This document shows, one piece after another, positions 17,715 through 27,364 of a DNA stretch of 64,000 bases. Origin of the DNA: Candidatus Latescibacterota bacterium (GTDB lineage: Bacteria; Latescibacterota; UBA2968; GCA-2709665). The stretch is taken from the NCBI GenBank assembly GCA_965248435.1, contig OZ252100.1:2208001-2272000 (forward strand), in the 5' to 3' direction. Both the position numbers and the translations under genes were made by a program. Each line of letters opens with the position of its first letter. Position 1 is the first letter of the stretch. The notes beneath the pieces were generated by a model that was not told the origin of the DNA, did no database searches, and saw only the letters and a list, made by a program, of their open reading frames with translations.

Positions 17715-18473
17715 ATGAAGATCATCCTGCTGACGGTGATCGGTGCCCTCATCCTGTTGTGGGCTGGGGTTCTTGCGCTCCTCAAATGGGTGCACCCCAT
17801 CCTCAAACGCCACGTCCTCTGGCTCGGCGTCTACGCGAGTGTCCTCAGCGGCCTGCTCATCTACCTCGTCATCCAGACCTCAATCACACAACAAGATGCA
17901 GCCCTCGTAAAGACCCGAGCGCGGCTCAACCACGAACTGGAAACATTCCGGGAAAAGTTGAACGATCTTACGAACCGACTCATGGGCCAGATCGTAGAGA
18001 AGGCGGAGCTCACGGAGTCCGAGTGGAAAGTCAGAGGCGACCTTCAGACCGAGCGGAGCCAGCACACACGAGCTCGGGAAGACCTGGCCGGTGCGCGCGA
18101 TCAGCTCACCGATACTCAGAGCGAGCTGATAAAGGAAGCCGCTTCTCACAAAGCTTATCTAGACAGCCTGAATACCGAGCGAGCGCTCCACAGGGCCACG
18201 CGGGTGAGTCTCCAAAAAGAGGAGCAGAAAAAGGCTGACACCCGTCACAATCTCGATTCGACTCGAGAGGAACTTGCAAGAGTGCGTGAACGCCTCGCGC
18301 TCAAAGAGTCGGAGATCGAACGCCTCCGCGTCGACCTTAAACGAACAACGCAATCGTTGAATGATCTGAAACTGGCTCGGAGCGAAATGCGCCAGCAGAC
18401 AGAAGCCCTCGGCCTTCTGCAGGCCTCCCTGGATTCGATCTTTCTGAAGGTCCTCAAACGCCCTCGAAATTGA
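17715..18473 (+). CDS. Membrane-anchored coiled-coil protein
   Basis: Two N-terminal hydrophobic segments, then about 190 aa of heptad-rich helix. Confidence 0.75.
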   Translation: MKIILLTVIGALILLWAGVLALLKWVHPILKRHVLWLGVYASVLSGLLIYLVIQTSITQQDAALVKTRARLNHELETFREKLNDLTNRLMGQIVEKAELTESEWKVRGDLQTERSQHTRAREDLAGARDQLTDTQSELIKEAASHKAYLDSLNTERALHRATRVSLQKEEQKKADTRHNLDSTREELARVRERLALKESEIERLRVDLKRTTQSLNDLKLARSEMRQQTEALGLLQASLDSIFLKVLKRPRN

Positions 18474-18631
18474 AGAAATTTAGCTTGCCGAGCGCGACCG
18501 TCGAGCGTAAGTTAAAATGACCCCACGGTCCCACCTATCCGCGTTCTCCCCTGCCTGACGAACTCGAACGGTCCCCACACTGAATTGAAGGACCGCCATA
18601 CTCTTGAATCTGAGATCGATCGCACCTGGAG

Positions 18632-19504
18632 GTGTTCGTGACCCGCGATAGCGAAGCATCTGGAGACACTCAGAAAATCATTCTTATCATCGGTGTGGTC
18701 GCCGTCGTACTGGCCGTACTGCTCCTTGTCGCCTTTCTCCCGAAAGAGCCGGAAATCGATCCCCACGTCGTTGAACTGGAACAGCAGGTTTCTGGTTACA
18801 CGACACAGATCGATTCGCTCAATGCGGTTGTGGACGGGCTGAATGGACGGCTAGATGGAATTCGGTCTCAGATGGACAGCGTAAGGGCCTCGAATCGTAC
18901 CCTTCTGGCCTCTTTGCATCGGGTGACGAACGAGTTGAAGGAGTACCGGCGTCTTTACAGGGAGCAGCAGACGCTCAACAGGAAACTGGCTCAAGAACTC
19001 AGACAGGTGCGGGTGGAGAAAGAAAGGGCCATCACCGAGGCTGAAGGACTCAAATCGGAAGTGGACAGCCTGAACAACGCACTCTACGAAAAGACGGTAC
19101 GCCTGGTCCGTCTCGAGGCCAGCCTTGAGCAGGCGGTCAAACAGACCGAGTCTTTAGAGGCGGCCGTCCGTGCAGTACTGGTGTATTCGGGAACCGAGGA
19201 CGAGCTCAAGCAGGCGGGCTATCTTAAAACGGGAAGGTCCGTCATCTTCAAGAAGAGTTACCGTGCAATCGGCTTCCCGGACGTCGTGAATGGCGAAACC
19301 GGTGGAGCGGTATTCAGGACCTCACTGGGAGAACCGCTCGTGCTCCAGGGTACGCTTTCGGCCCTGGCCGACCGACACGGGAAGCTGGGAAAAGGAAAGG
19401 AATATAGGCTACAAAAAGGACCGCCTGGCCAGACGGTCGTCACGTTTATCGACTCCACCCTGCAGGGACAGCGTATTCTGGCCATCCTAAAAAAATCTAA
19501 ATAG
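18632..19504 (+). CDS. Single-TM coiled-coil protein with C-terminal globular domain
   Basis: TM IILIIGVVAVVLAVLLLVAF, long coiled coil, then VYSGTEDELKQAGYL... domain. GGAGG RBS nearby; exact start uncertain. Confidence 0.75.
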   Translation: MFVTRDSEASGDTQKIILIIGVVAVVLAVLLLVAFLPKEPEIDPHVVELEQQVSGYTTQIDSLNAVVDGLNGRLDGIRSQMDSVRASNRTLLASLHRVTNELKEYRRLYREQQTLNRKLAQELRQVRVEKERAITEAEGLKSEVDSLNNALYEKTVRLVRLEASLEQAVKQTESLEAAVRAVLVYSGTEDELKQAGYLKTGRSVIFKKSYRAIGFPDVVNGETGGAVFRTSLGEPLVLQGTLSALADRHGKLGKGKEYRLQKGPPGQTVVTFIDSTLQGQRILAILKKSK

Positions 19505-19546
19505 TCAGCCTCTACGCGCCACTCATCAAAGTCCCCCACCACCGCC

Positions 19547-19954
19547 TCACCACATATGAACGAACACTGCGGGCCGAACTTTTGCGCCGCTCGGTGCGAC
19601 GGAGAGCAGCGAATCCGCGTATGCGGCGTCGTTCACGATCTGCTCTCGGCCCCCCCCTTTCAGGAACAGATGCAGGTTCCGGTCAGGCTGCGTCACCAGG
19701 TCTGAAACAACCCTCCGAAACTCGCCGACTTTCATCAGGCGTGCCACCGACCTTCCATCTGGAGATAGGCCGCGTCCCCTGGACGTGTAAACTACGACCA
19801 CGTCTCCGGTCTCGGGATCGTGATGGTGAACCCGCCAAACAGGTTGCGATACGTTCAGGATCAGAATTCCCAGGGTCAACATCAGCATCATGATCCCCAG
19901 AAAGAGCTCCTTGCTCACATCGTGCTCTTCAACGTCTGCGTGAACGCGTCGCAT
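19547..19954 (-). CDS. Small single-TM protein, possible divergent ExbD/TolR/MotB-like partner
   Basis: DVSKELFLGIMMLMLTLGILILNV TM segment; starts 8 nt after the ExbB-like gene. Confidence 0.55.
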   Translation of the reverse strand: MRRVHADVEEHDVSKELFLGIMMLMLTLGILILNVSQPVWRVHHHDPETGDVVVVYTSRGRGLSPDGRSVARLMKVGEFRRVVSDLVTQPDRNLHLFLKGGGREQIVNDAAYADSLLSVAPSGAKVRPAVFVHMW

Positions 19955-19962
19955 GAATGATC

Positions 19963-20766
19963 TCACGGAAACTCTCTCCCATCCAGCACCCGATCTCTCA
20001 ACTCTACCCAAGACCGCTCAAGCGCCGCGATCCTACCGAGGAGCGAATCGAAGACCTTTCGAAGCGGCAGATACGCGAGCAGGGCCACCAAAGTCGTCTG
20101 AAACGCGAGCACAAGCCCTCCTGCCATATCGCGCAATACCTGAAACGTCTCGGTCGCCTCATCCAGTCGCGTCAACTCCTGAGCGACGATCAAAATGCCA
20201 CATACGGTTCCCAGGTAACCATAAAATGGAATCCTGCTCAAGGCTCGCTGTCCGTTTAGAAGCGGCTCTCCGAATACGTTCACCAGTTCCTCGACCGACT
20301 CGTCATCCCGTAGTTTCAATTCTGAATACAGATCGCTTTTCCCCTTCAGATCTTCAAGGCTGGCCCGCCTCTGCAATGAAAGCGTGGCCCTTTGAGGTCC
20401 CTTCCCGGTGTTCTGAACATCCCGCTCTTCTGCCTCGAGCCGTATCCAAACGTGAATCAGAACGATCAGGTGTCCGGCTGAAGCTGCCGCGACGAGGACA
20501 TAGGAGGAGCGCCCGATCCATTCCACGAAGCTGGCGCTGTTCGTGGCAAACAGGTAGTAATAGATCGCAATCGACGCGATAACCAGTCCTGCGACCGCGC
20601 CGACCAACGCACTCATCAGTGTAGAACTCGTTGGAGCCAGATTGAACCGGTTCTCCTCCTGCAGAATCCGCTCCATTTTCAACATCAAGACCCTTGCGCC
20701 GGCCATCGCGGCCACGGCTGCAAAGACCGAGGCTGAGAGCATCTCCAACCACGTAATCTTTCCCAC
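19963..20766 (-). CDS. MotA/TolQ/ExbB proton-channel family protein
   Basis: IPFYGYLGTVCGI and LAFQTTLVAL match the PxxGxLGTxxG and AxxTT motifs. GTG start overlaps the upstream stop. Confidence 0.75.
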   Translation of the reverse strand: MGKITWLEMLSASVFAAVAAMAGARVLMLKMERILQEENRFNLAPTSSTLMSALVGAVAGLVIASIAIYYYLFATNSASFVEWIGRSSYVLVAAASAGHLIVLIHVWIRLEAEERDVQNTGKGPQRATLSLQRRASLEDLKGKSDLYSELKLRDDESVEELVNVFGEPLLNGQRALSRIPFYGYLGTVCGILIVAQELTRLDEATETFQVLRDMAGGLVLAFQTTLVALLAYLPLRKVFDSLLGRIAALERSWVELRDRVLDGREFP

Positions 20767-22031
20767 TAAGACCTCATCAAATCTTGACGGTGGCTCAAAA
20801 ATCCGTAGGTGACGTATATGGCAAGGATCGCGGTCGGGATCCAGAGGCCGTTCCTCGACCGGCGCTTGCCCGTCCACGATCCACCCGCACCGAATGCGGC
20901 GCTTCCGTCGGGTTGGCCTCTTCCGGTTCTACCCTTCAGCCCTTCTTCCGATCGTCCACGCCCGGAGGATCTTTCACGGGAGCCGCTCCCCAGTTCCTTT
21001 GGAGGCCGGTAGGCAGCCTGCCGGTCCCCAACCGCTTCGCCGACGGCTGAGAGTGGATATGACGGGTTCGCTTCGCCCTCGCCCTTTAACGCGCGAGCCT
21101 GCGGGAAAAGAAGCTCCGCTACCCTTTCAGGAAGCCGCCTCGACCAGGCCAGCACCTGCTCCGCCACCGGTGTCGTCGCCCATTCCCGGAGTGGGCCCGC
21201 ACGGCCAAGCGTCAGGCTGAGGGACTTGCCTTCCCGGCCTGAGTAGACAGGGTAGTCCAGCTTGTCGGATCTCCGATCCGCCAGCATGCCGCCGAGTTCC
21301 ACACGCCTTTTCTGCAGGTGCGTCAAGGACCTGAGAAACGTGTCGTACTCCATGGTTTGATTCACCGAGCGCGGCGGTCGCTCCTCTCGGATCGCACCTT
21401 CAGACAGAGCTCGTGTTATTTCGCCGATTTCGAAGGTGCGTTCCATTTCAACCGTCCCGAACAGGTTGCCTCCCCAGATGACGGTCGCGTCCGGGATGTC
21501 CGGCACGGGATGCGCATAGGCGATCTCCCGAGCCTGGGCACCTTCAGCCCGCCACGCCTGATCCGAGACCAGTACTCGAAACAGCCGACCTTCCGCGTCT
21601 TTAAGATACAACCCGCAGAGAAACCCGCTCTCAATCCAGTTTGTGTCCCAGCATCGAACGCGAATCCGGTTCTGATGCCTCAGATAGAGCTCAGGGATCT
21701 TCACCTCCAAAGGGGTAAGGCGCGTTTCCCCTACCGGATAGTCGTTAATCCAAACGCGTGCCTCGTCGTCCGCCCAGAAGATCAACGAGAGAGACATCCC
21801 CTGAGGGATCATCCCACTCCGCTCACCCTCTGGAAGTCGCGCTGCCTCCGCGGCGTCGGGGTCCACCGCCTCCATCGCCCGCACCAGGCTGTCAATCTCA
21901 GCAGAAACAGCGTTATACTCCCATCGGAGAGAGAGTCGATCATCGGCGGCCCTGGCATCAGCCGTAGACACGACAGCGCAGATGAGTCCCCAATAAACAG
22001 CCTTTAGGCCAAACAACCCGTTATCCTTCAT
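20766..22031 (-). CDS. Exported protein with beta-sandwich-like domain and C-terminal TM anchor
   Basis: Signal-like N-terminus ending ADARA; WADDEARVWIND...NRIRVRC domain; C-terminal GLWIPTAILAIYVTYGFL. Confidence 0.65.
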   Translation of the reverse strand: MKDNGLFGLKAVYWGLICAVVSTADARAADDRLSLRWEYNAVSAEIDSLVRAMEAVDPDAAEAARLPEGERSGMIPQGMSLSLIFWADDEARVWINDYPVGETRLTPLEVKIPELYLRHQNRIRVRCWDTNWIESGFLCGLYLKDAEGRLFRVLVSDQAWRAEGAQAREIAYAHPVPDIPDATVIWGGNLFGTVEMERTFEIGEITRALSEGAIREERPPRSVNQTMEYDTFLRSLTHLQKRRVELGGMLADRRSDKLDYPVYSGREGKSLSLTLGRAGPLREWATTPVAEQVLAWSRRLPERVAELLFPQARALKGEGEANPSYPLSAVGEAVGDRQAAYRPPKELGSGSRERSSGRGRSEEGLKGRTGRGQPDGSAAFGAGGSWTGKRRSRNGLWIPTAILAIYVTYGFLSHRQDLMRS

Positions 22032-22878
22032 CTTCCCGCACACCTTTGAGGATCTTCGCGAGCGGATCTGCGAACGAGATCTGGCTGTCGTCTTCGGGTG
22101 CATACCCGATCATCTTCCGGGCATTGGCGAGGCTCCAGAATCGGTGTGTATTTCCGCTGATTCCGTAGAAGATCTGGAACGGTACCCCGTTCTCATCTTC
22201 TATGTTTTCCGTTTCAATGCTCTTGATGACCAGCTGCTGCTGGTCCCGCACGCTCAGATATGCGCCAAGTTCACGGTGGAGTTTCTTCAGATCGGGTGGG
22301 CCGTCCCCTTCGTTTATGATGGTCTCGCGAGGCGCTCCGATACGGAGCTGCACGTTCTCCAATTTCCTGCCGCCGCTAACCCTGCCGGTCGCGAAGGCAA
22401 AACCCAGGTGTTCGTAGGACGCTTTCGCCCAACCGTAGAGATTGTCCGAAAGCGGGCGCATATCGGGGGTCACAAACTCCATCCGGTCCGTCCAGATCAA
22501 CCGTTCGTAGAAATCCGCCGCGTGATTTGAGCTGAATATCACGGCCCGCCTCACGCCCTCTTCGACGCAGACGTGATAGACATTGTAAGCCATCGTCACG
22601 TTTCCGACCTCGGCCGAAAAGTAGCCATCGACGTCCGATCGGTCTGTGCGGATGAACGCACAGTGGACCACGGCGTCCGCGCCCCGGAAGTATTCCCGGT
22701 ATGCATCCCGGTCGCGGCTCAGAAGATCGGTCACTACGACCCCATCCACCTCCTCCCCATCCCGGTTCTTCGACTGAACGTCGAGCAGGACCAGATCGTA
22801 GCGCTCGCGGAAGACCGGCAGCATTCGGCCGGACAGGTAGCCCGCTGCGCCTGTTAGTACGACCTTGCGTTTCGGCAT
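22021..22878 (-). CDS. NAD-dependent epimerase/dehydratase family protein
   Basis: TGAAGYL, SSNHA, YGWAK, YLSVRD, FYGISGN. Confidence 0.85.
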   Translation of the reverse strand: MPKRKVVLTGAAGYLSGRMLPVFRERYDLVLLDVQSKNRDGEEVDGVVVTDLLSRDRDAYREYFRGADAVVHCAFIRTDRSDVDGYFSAEVGNVTMAYNVYHVCVEEGVRRAVIFSSNHAADFYERLIWTDRMEFVTPDMRPLSDNLYGWAKASYEHLGFAFATGRVSGGRKLENVQLRIGAPRETIINEGDGPPDLKKLHRELGAYLSVRDQQQLVIKSIETENIEDENGVPFQIFYGISGNTHRFWSLANARKMIGYAPEDDSQISFADPLAKILKGVREDEG

Positions 22879-22963
22879 GGAGCATTCCTTTCCGTTTCTT
22901 CACCATGCGAAGGATAACTTGAGCCCTTCCGTCATCCTTCAGCGGCCAAGGTGATCAAGAATG

Positions 22964-23034
22964 CGGCAGACCACGGACGACGGACCGCCTAAATCTAGGA
23001 GCTGTTCATCTCGTGGTCCACAGTCCGTCGTCTG
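22964..23034. repeat. Heptamer inverted repeat element, copy 3
   Basis: CGGCAGACCACGGACGACGGACCG...GTGGTCCACAGTCCGTCGTCTG. Confidence 0.6.
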
Positions 23035-23065
23035 CTCCCAGCTTATTTCTAGGTCACAGCAGTGG

Positions 23066-24157
23066 TCAGGCCTTCTCCATCAAGTAGCCCGCGGTTCCAG
23101 AAGGAGACGCGCTGACCGGCTTATGAATCGTGACTCGGCGACCCTCCTGAACGCCATCCTCATAGGCACGCGTCACTCGCACCCCGCCGCTATATCGCGT
23201 CTCCACCCTCGGGTTCAGGTGGCGATAGAATGCCTTCAGTTTTGAGTCTCCCTTCCACACAAGTGCGTGTGTCTCCTGGAGGAATGTCTCCTGCTCTTGA
23301 AGTTTTCCATGAAACCCTTCAAGCACACCCGCGAAGTAGCGCTGGCGCTCACGGTTTGACGCCACATCATTCGATGCCCGGTAGTCTTCCCATAGCCTGC
23401 AAAGCAGGTGTGAGAGATATGAGTAAACGTATTCGGCCATCTCCAGGTTCGAAGACGTTCCGTAGATTTGGAGCACCGACCCGATTCGATCTCTGATCGG
23501 GTCGTAGCTCTGGGCCCAGATGACTTCGACGAAGAAGAAATCGCCCAATATCGTGGCCAGCCAGAGTTCTGCCGCAGTGTGTCGCCCCTTCACCTCTCCC
23601 AGGCACCGCGTCTCGAAGGCTCGCTCCTCATCCAGTTCCAGCAAATCCAGGTTGTACTTTGCCAGGAGATATCTCGCCTTCTTGACGGCCGTCTGAGCTT
23701 CGTGCTCATTCGGACTGTTGGCCAGGGAAAGCAGTTTTTTGAGCAGCCGCAGAACCTTCCCTTCATCCGCTCCGCCTGGTGGATTTCTCAGGGCTTCAGC
23801 CTTTGTCTCAGCACGTGGGCTGCAGCGAAGCCGCTTGCACGCCTCTTTGAAGGCCGACCCGTGAGGCGGTTCTCCGTCCGCTTTCAGGACTTCCGACACA
23901 TACTGGTGAGCCATCTCGTGGCGAAGGGTCTCCATCACGGACAGCCACGGATCTTGTTTGATGTGTGACTCGGAGATCGCCAGGGTCCTCCGGGTCTCAT
24001 TCCAGTGCCCCAACTCTACCACTCCCTGACTCACGCGGAAATGCGGACGTCTCATTGCACTGGAAATGTATTCTTCATTATAATGTTCCCACCAAAAGGA
24101 CAGCTTTCGGGTCCAGACCTTCCGCAATTCCAGGTATAGTTGTTCTCCCTTCTTCAT
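23066..24157 (-). CDS. SprT-like zinc metalloprotease with DUF2786-like domain
   Basis: LRHEMAHQY...HG..F (SprT) and LKKLLSLANSPNEHEAQTA (DUF2786-like). Confidence 0.8.
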   Translation of the reverse strand: MKKGEQLYLELRKVWTRKLSFWWEHYNEEYISSAMRRPHFRVSQGVVELGHWNETRRTLAISESHIKQDPWLSVMETLRHEMAHQYVSEVLKADGEPPHGSAFKEACKRLRCSPRAETKAEALRNPPGGADEGKVLRLLKKLLSLANSPNEHEAQTAVKKARYLLAKYNLDLLELDEERAFETRCLGEVKGRHTAAELWLATILGDFFFVEVIWAQSYDPIRDRIGSVLQIYGTSSNLEMAEYVYSYLSHLLCRLWEDYRASNDVASNRERQRYFAGVLEGFHGKLQEQETFLQETHALVWKGDSKLKAFYRHLNPRVETRYSGGVRVTRAYEDGVQEGRRVTIHKPVSASPSGTAGYLMEKA

Positions 24158-24158
24158 T

Positions 24159-25043
24159 TCAGGATCTGCTCTTCCCTCTAAGGCTTCGTACCAGGGAGGG
24201 ACTCAGGCTACCCCTCGCCACCTCTGCGACAGGGCCCCGCATCCTCAAGTCAAAATCTCCACTCACATCTATATGCAACCTTCCTCCAGGTGAGCTCACC
24301 GTCACAGGCGAAGTCACAAGTCCGAGCCGTACCGCTGCGCTGGCAACTGCGCACGAGGAAGATCCCGAGGCCAGCGTCTCGCCGGCTCCCCGCTCCCAGA
24401 TCAGGATATAGACCGCTCGAGGGCCGGTCGGCACAGCAAGCTGCACGTTCGTCCGCTTCGGAAACATCTTGTGATGCTCGAGGACCGGACCGAGCCCGAG
24501 TAGATCATCGCGCGACCACGACCTGCCTTTGGGTCTGAAGACAACGCAGTGCGGATTCCCAACACTCACGCCGGTGAACCTCAGTTTTTCACTGTTGACG
24601 GTTATTGGATGTTCGATCAGCTCCTCGACTCCTGCCAGACAGGGTAGGGCCTTCGGCCTGAAGGTCGCCCTGCCCATTTCCACTGTTGCGCCGCTCACCT
24701 CTCCGTGTCGGTCGAGGTGCAACTTGGCCCGAACCTGCCCCCCTTTGGTCTCTACCGAAAATTCCCTGCGCCTTGTCTTCCGGGTCGCGTGCAGGTAGCG
24801 GGAAAAAATGCGAAGGCCGTTTCCAGATTTCTCCGCCTCGCTCCCGTCTGGATTGTAGATCCGCAGCCCGAAGTCTGCCTCTTCCGACGATGCTACAGCC
24901 AGGATACCGTCGCTCCCCACGCCCAAGTTCCGGTCACAGATGAGACGGATGTTCCGGGGGGTTAATCTGAAATCAAGCTCCTTCGGATCCATCACGATGT
25001 AGTCGTTTCCCAGCCCGTGGCCTTTATAGAAGCCGTTCCTCAT
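24159..25043 (-). CDS. dapF: Diaminopimelate epimerase
   Basis: KGHGLGNDY, NPDGSEAEKSGNG, VGNPHCV, ERGAGETLASGSS. Confidence 0.88.
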   Translation of the reverse strand: MRNGFYKGHGLGNDYIVMDPKELDFRLTPRNIRLICDRNLGVGSDGILAVASSEEADFGLRIYNPDGSEAEKSGNGLRIFSRYLHATRKTRRREFSVETKGGQVRAKLHLDRHGEVSGATVEMGRATFRPKALPCLAGVEELIEHPITVNSEKLRFTGVSVGNPHCVVFRPKGRSWSRDDLLGLGPVLEHHKMFPKRTNVQLAVPTGPRAVYILIWERGAGETLASGSSSCAVASAAVRLGLVTSPVTVSSPGGRLHIDVSGDFDLRMRGPVAEVARGSLSPSLVRSLRGKSRS

Positions 25044-25094
25044 CGCTTCCCCTCAAAGCATCCAGTCGCCGCAACCCTGCGAGGCCCGCAGAGC

Positions 25095-26066
25095 TTACCC
25101 CCTGTCCACATCGGTCAAGTCAAACGGATTGGACCAGGCCTTTGCTCCGCTCGGTCCGATCACCTCAAACCGCACCCATCTCACGTTTTTTCGGAGTGCA
25201 AACGTAGCCTTTTCGAATGTGCGTCCGTGCTCTTGATACTCCGTACCTTGAGCATTGCAGATGGCAAAGATGCGCTCCGCTTCGGAACAGCGCACCGTCG
25301 CTTCGACAATCCTGTCCGCGTCCTTGGGCTCGTCCACCCTCGTAAGCTGGACATCGTGAATCTCCGCCCCCGTACTCGCGTAGCTGCAACCCTTCTCGAG
25401 GGCCTGGATGATGCTATCGGCATTGCGTTCCTTCACCCTCACGTTCGTCCAGCCACCATAAGTGTCCAGCCTTTCCGAGTCCAGGAGGTGGGCGTCGTCA
25501 TTCGCTAGCGCGGGGTAGAGCTTCTCCTCCTGCTCCATCCAATCGTCCCAGTGAACACCCGACTCGGCCCTTCCGTGCCTTCGCGTCGTCGTATTGTAGA
25601 CCTCCACGCCGGCCAAACCCTGCAAAGGCAACGTATCCCGTATAATGTTCACCGAACTCCAGTAGGGATGCGCGAGCCAGATCGAGCCGCCTTGATCTCG
25701 CACTTCATCGATGACTTTCTGGGGTGGCATTCCAGCCGAATCCATGTCCCTCTGAAAGTTCAGGGCGAGGAAATGGTGCCGCTGGCCCCCGAAGGGATTG
25801 TCCGGATGAAGCTCTGCTCCAGGGATGAGAACAAAATCCCCCGGGCGATCCAGTCCATCAGAACGCGTGATCTTGTAGTGGTCAGACAGACAGAGGAAGT
25901 CATACCCCTGTTCGACATACCCACTCAGGCGTTCTTGGGGCGTTGCCCTGCCATCGGAGTTCGTCGTGTGGGAATGAAGATTCCCTTTTAACCAGAAGGT
26001 GTCTTCTTCCGATTCGAGCGAAAACGGACTGATCAGATCATTCTTTGGAGAATTCGTCTCCATCAT
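25095..26066 (-). CDS. PHP-domain metallohydrolase (CehA/McbA-like)
   Basis: KGNLHSHTTNSDG, SDH, AHPYWS, NDDAH, AWSNP. Confidence 0.85.
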   Translation of the reverse strand: MMETNSPKNDLISPFSLESEEDTFWLKGNLHSHTTNSDGRATPQERLSGYVEQGYDFLCLSDHYKITRSDGLDRPGDFVLIPGAELHPDNPFGGQRHHFLALNFQRDMDSAGMPPQKVIDEVRDQGGSIWLAHPYWSSVNIIRDTLPLQGLAGVEVYNTTTRRHGRAESGVHWDDWMEQEEKLYPALANDDAHLLDSERLDTYGGWTNVRVKERNADSIIQALEKGCSYASTGAEIHDVQLTRVDEPKDADRIVEATVRCSEAERIFAICNAQGTEYQEHGRTFEKATFALRKNVRWVRFEVIGPSGAKAWSNPFDLTDVDRG

Positions 26067-26155
26067 ATCGGCACCTCAGGCATCATCGAGTCGTGATTGT
26101 GGTTATTCCCGTCTTCGGTCCCCGTGTCTTGATTTCTCGGTACCCGGCCTTCGGC

Positions 26156-27139
26156 CTATTTGACCGCAATCGGATTCCCCGGCGATCCAGTTGCGCCTTT
26201 GAGGCGCAGCGGCGCATACGCGAAAGCGAACTCATAAACTTTATCTCTCGCCAGGGCTTCCAAGTCCAGGTTTTCGATGTTATAAATTCCGTTCTTGTTG
26301 ATAAGGACCTGGTGCACTTCGAACGGCCGGTTTGGGTCGTCGCCAGGCACCGCCTCGACGGCCCAGCTGTCCCCGCCCGTCATCACAATCTTCTTCTCAA
26401 CCAGCCAACGTGCGGCCTCTATCCCGATTCCCGGTTCGCCCGAGTTATAGGTCTTGTTGTCGACCATCCACAGCTTGCCGTGTCCGGTGCGGAAAAGTAC
26501 GACGTCCCCCTCTATAATCTCTACACCTTGCTTCTTCAGGGCCCCTTCTATGTCCTCCACTGTGACAATCTCACCGACGTTGAGCCGGTCCACGCCCTTA
26601 TGGCCCGCAACGTCCACCAGCACACCTCGCGTAAAGAAAACCCCGACGTTTTCGACGCCCAGTTTCTCAAGTCCATAGGCCTTGCTGAACTCCGATCGCT
26701 TGAAACCGTTGTAGAAGCGGTCCTCGTTCCCCACGCGCGTGCCAATGTGACCGAGCCCATCGAACTGCGTTCCTATCTGTCCGATCTCCCCGCTGAACAT
26801 CTCGTCGTGCCAGACGAGCTCATTCTCTCCAACCGGGCCACCGGAGGGAGACCCTACAATCGTTAGACTGTAGTGCCGGTTTCCAAACAAGGGCATGCCG
26901 GGCTCGTAGACCCGCCCGAGCTGGTAAATCTTGCTTTCTTTGATCAGGCCCGCTGCAGCTAGCACTCTTTCTGGAGTGATTCTATTCGCAGCCCCCTGCT
27001 GGTCCTCTGGACCCCACTGTGACGGCCACCATTTGGGCCCAATGGGGGTCTCTTCAGCGTTCAGATTCCAGATCGACAAAGAGATGCACACAAAAGCAGC
27101 GAAGACCACGAAACCTGGGTTAACCCTGGATTTGTACAT
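26156..27139 (-). CDS. Exported cyclase-family metal-dependent hydrolase
   Basis: Signal peptide; GTQFDGLGH, TRGVLVDV, LFRTG, ENLDLE, GATGSPGNP. Confidence 0.85.
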   Translation of the reverse strand: MYKSRVNPGFVVFAAFVCISLSIWNLNAEETPIGPKWWPSQWGPEDQQGAANRITPERVLAAAGLIKESKIYQLGRVYEPGMPLFGNRHYSLTIVGSPSGGPVGENELVWHDEMFSGEIGQIGTQFDGLGHIGTRVGNEDRFYNGFKRSEFSKAYGLEKLGVENVGVFFTRGVLVDVAGHKGVDRLNVGEIVTVEDIEGALKKQGVEIIEGDVVLFRTGHGKLWMVDNKTYNSGEPGIGIEAARWLVEKKIVMTGGDSWAVEAVPGDDPNRPFEVHQVLINKNGIYNIENLDLEALARDKVYEFAFAYAPLRLKGATGSPGNPIAVK

Positions 27140-27302
27140 CGCCCCTCCTAGTTGAAACCCGTTTTGATTCTATCGTTAGAATCACACTCTGATCTTCTCT
27201 CTTGCAATTCCATCCAAGAAAAACGCGGGTCAATCAAGATTGTTTTGGGGTGATAAAATGTCAAGCGCTATATGGGGAATGTGGGCGTGAGGCCCTTTCA
27301 CG

Positions 27303-27331
27303 TTGACACGACATGAGACCGAAAGTATCAT
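27303..27331 (+). promoter_or_regulatory. Sigma70-type promoter
   Basis: TTGACA-17 nt-TATCAT. Confidence 0.65.
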
Positions 27332-27364
27332 AAAGTTCTGACCACACCCAAAAGAGGATGCCTA

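Noticed and set aside
17715-20766. Zorya defence system
   Set aside because: The MotA-like protein lacks a long ZorA tail, the partner has no OmpA-like domain, and there are no zorC/D/E genes.
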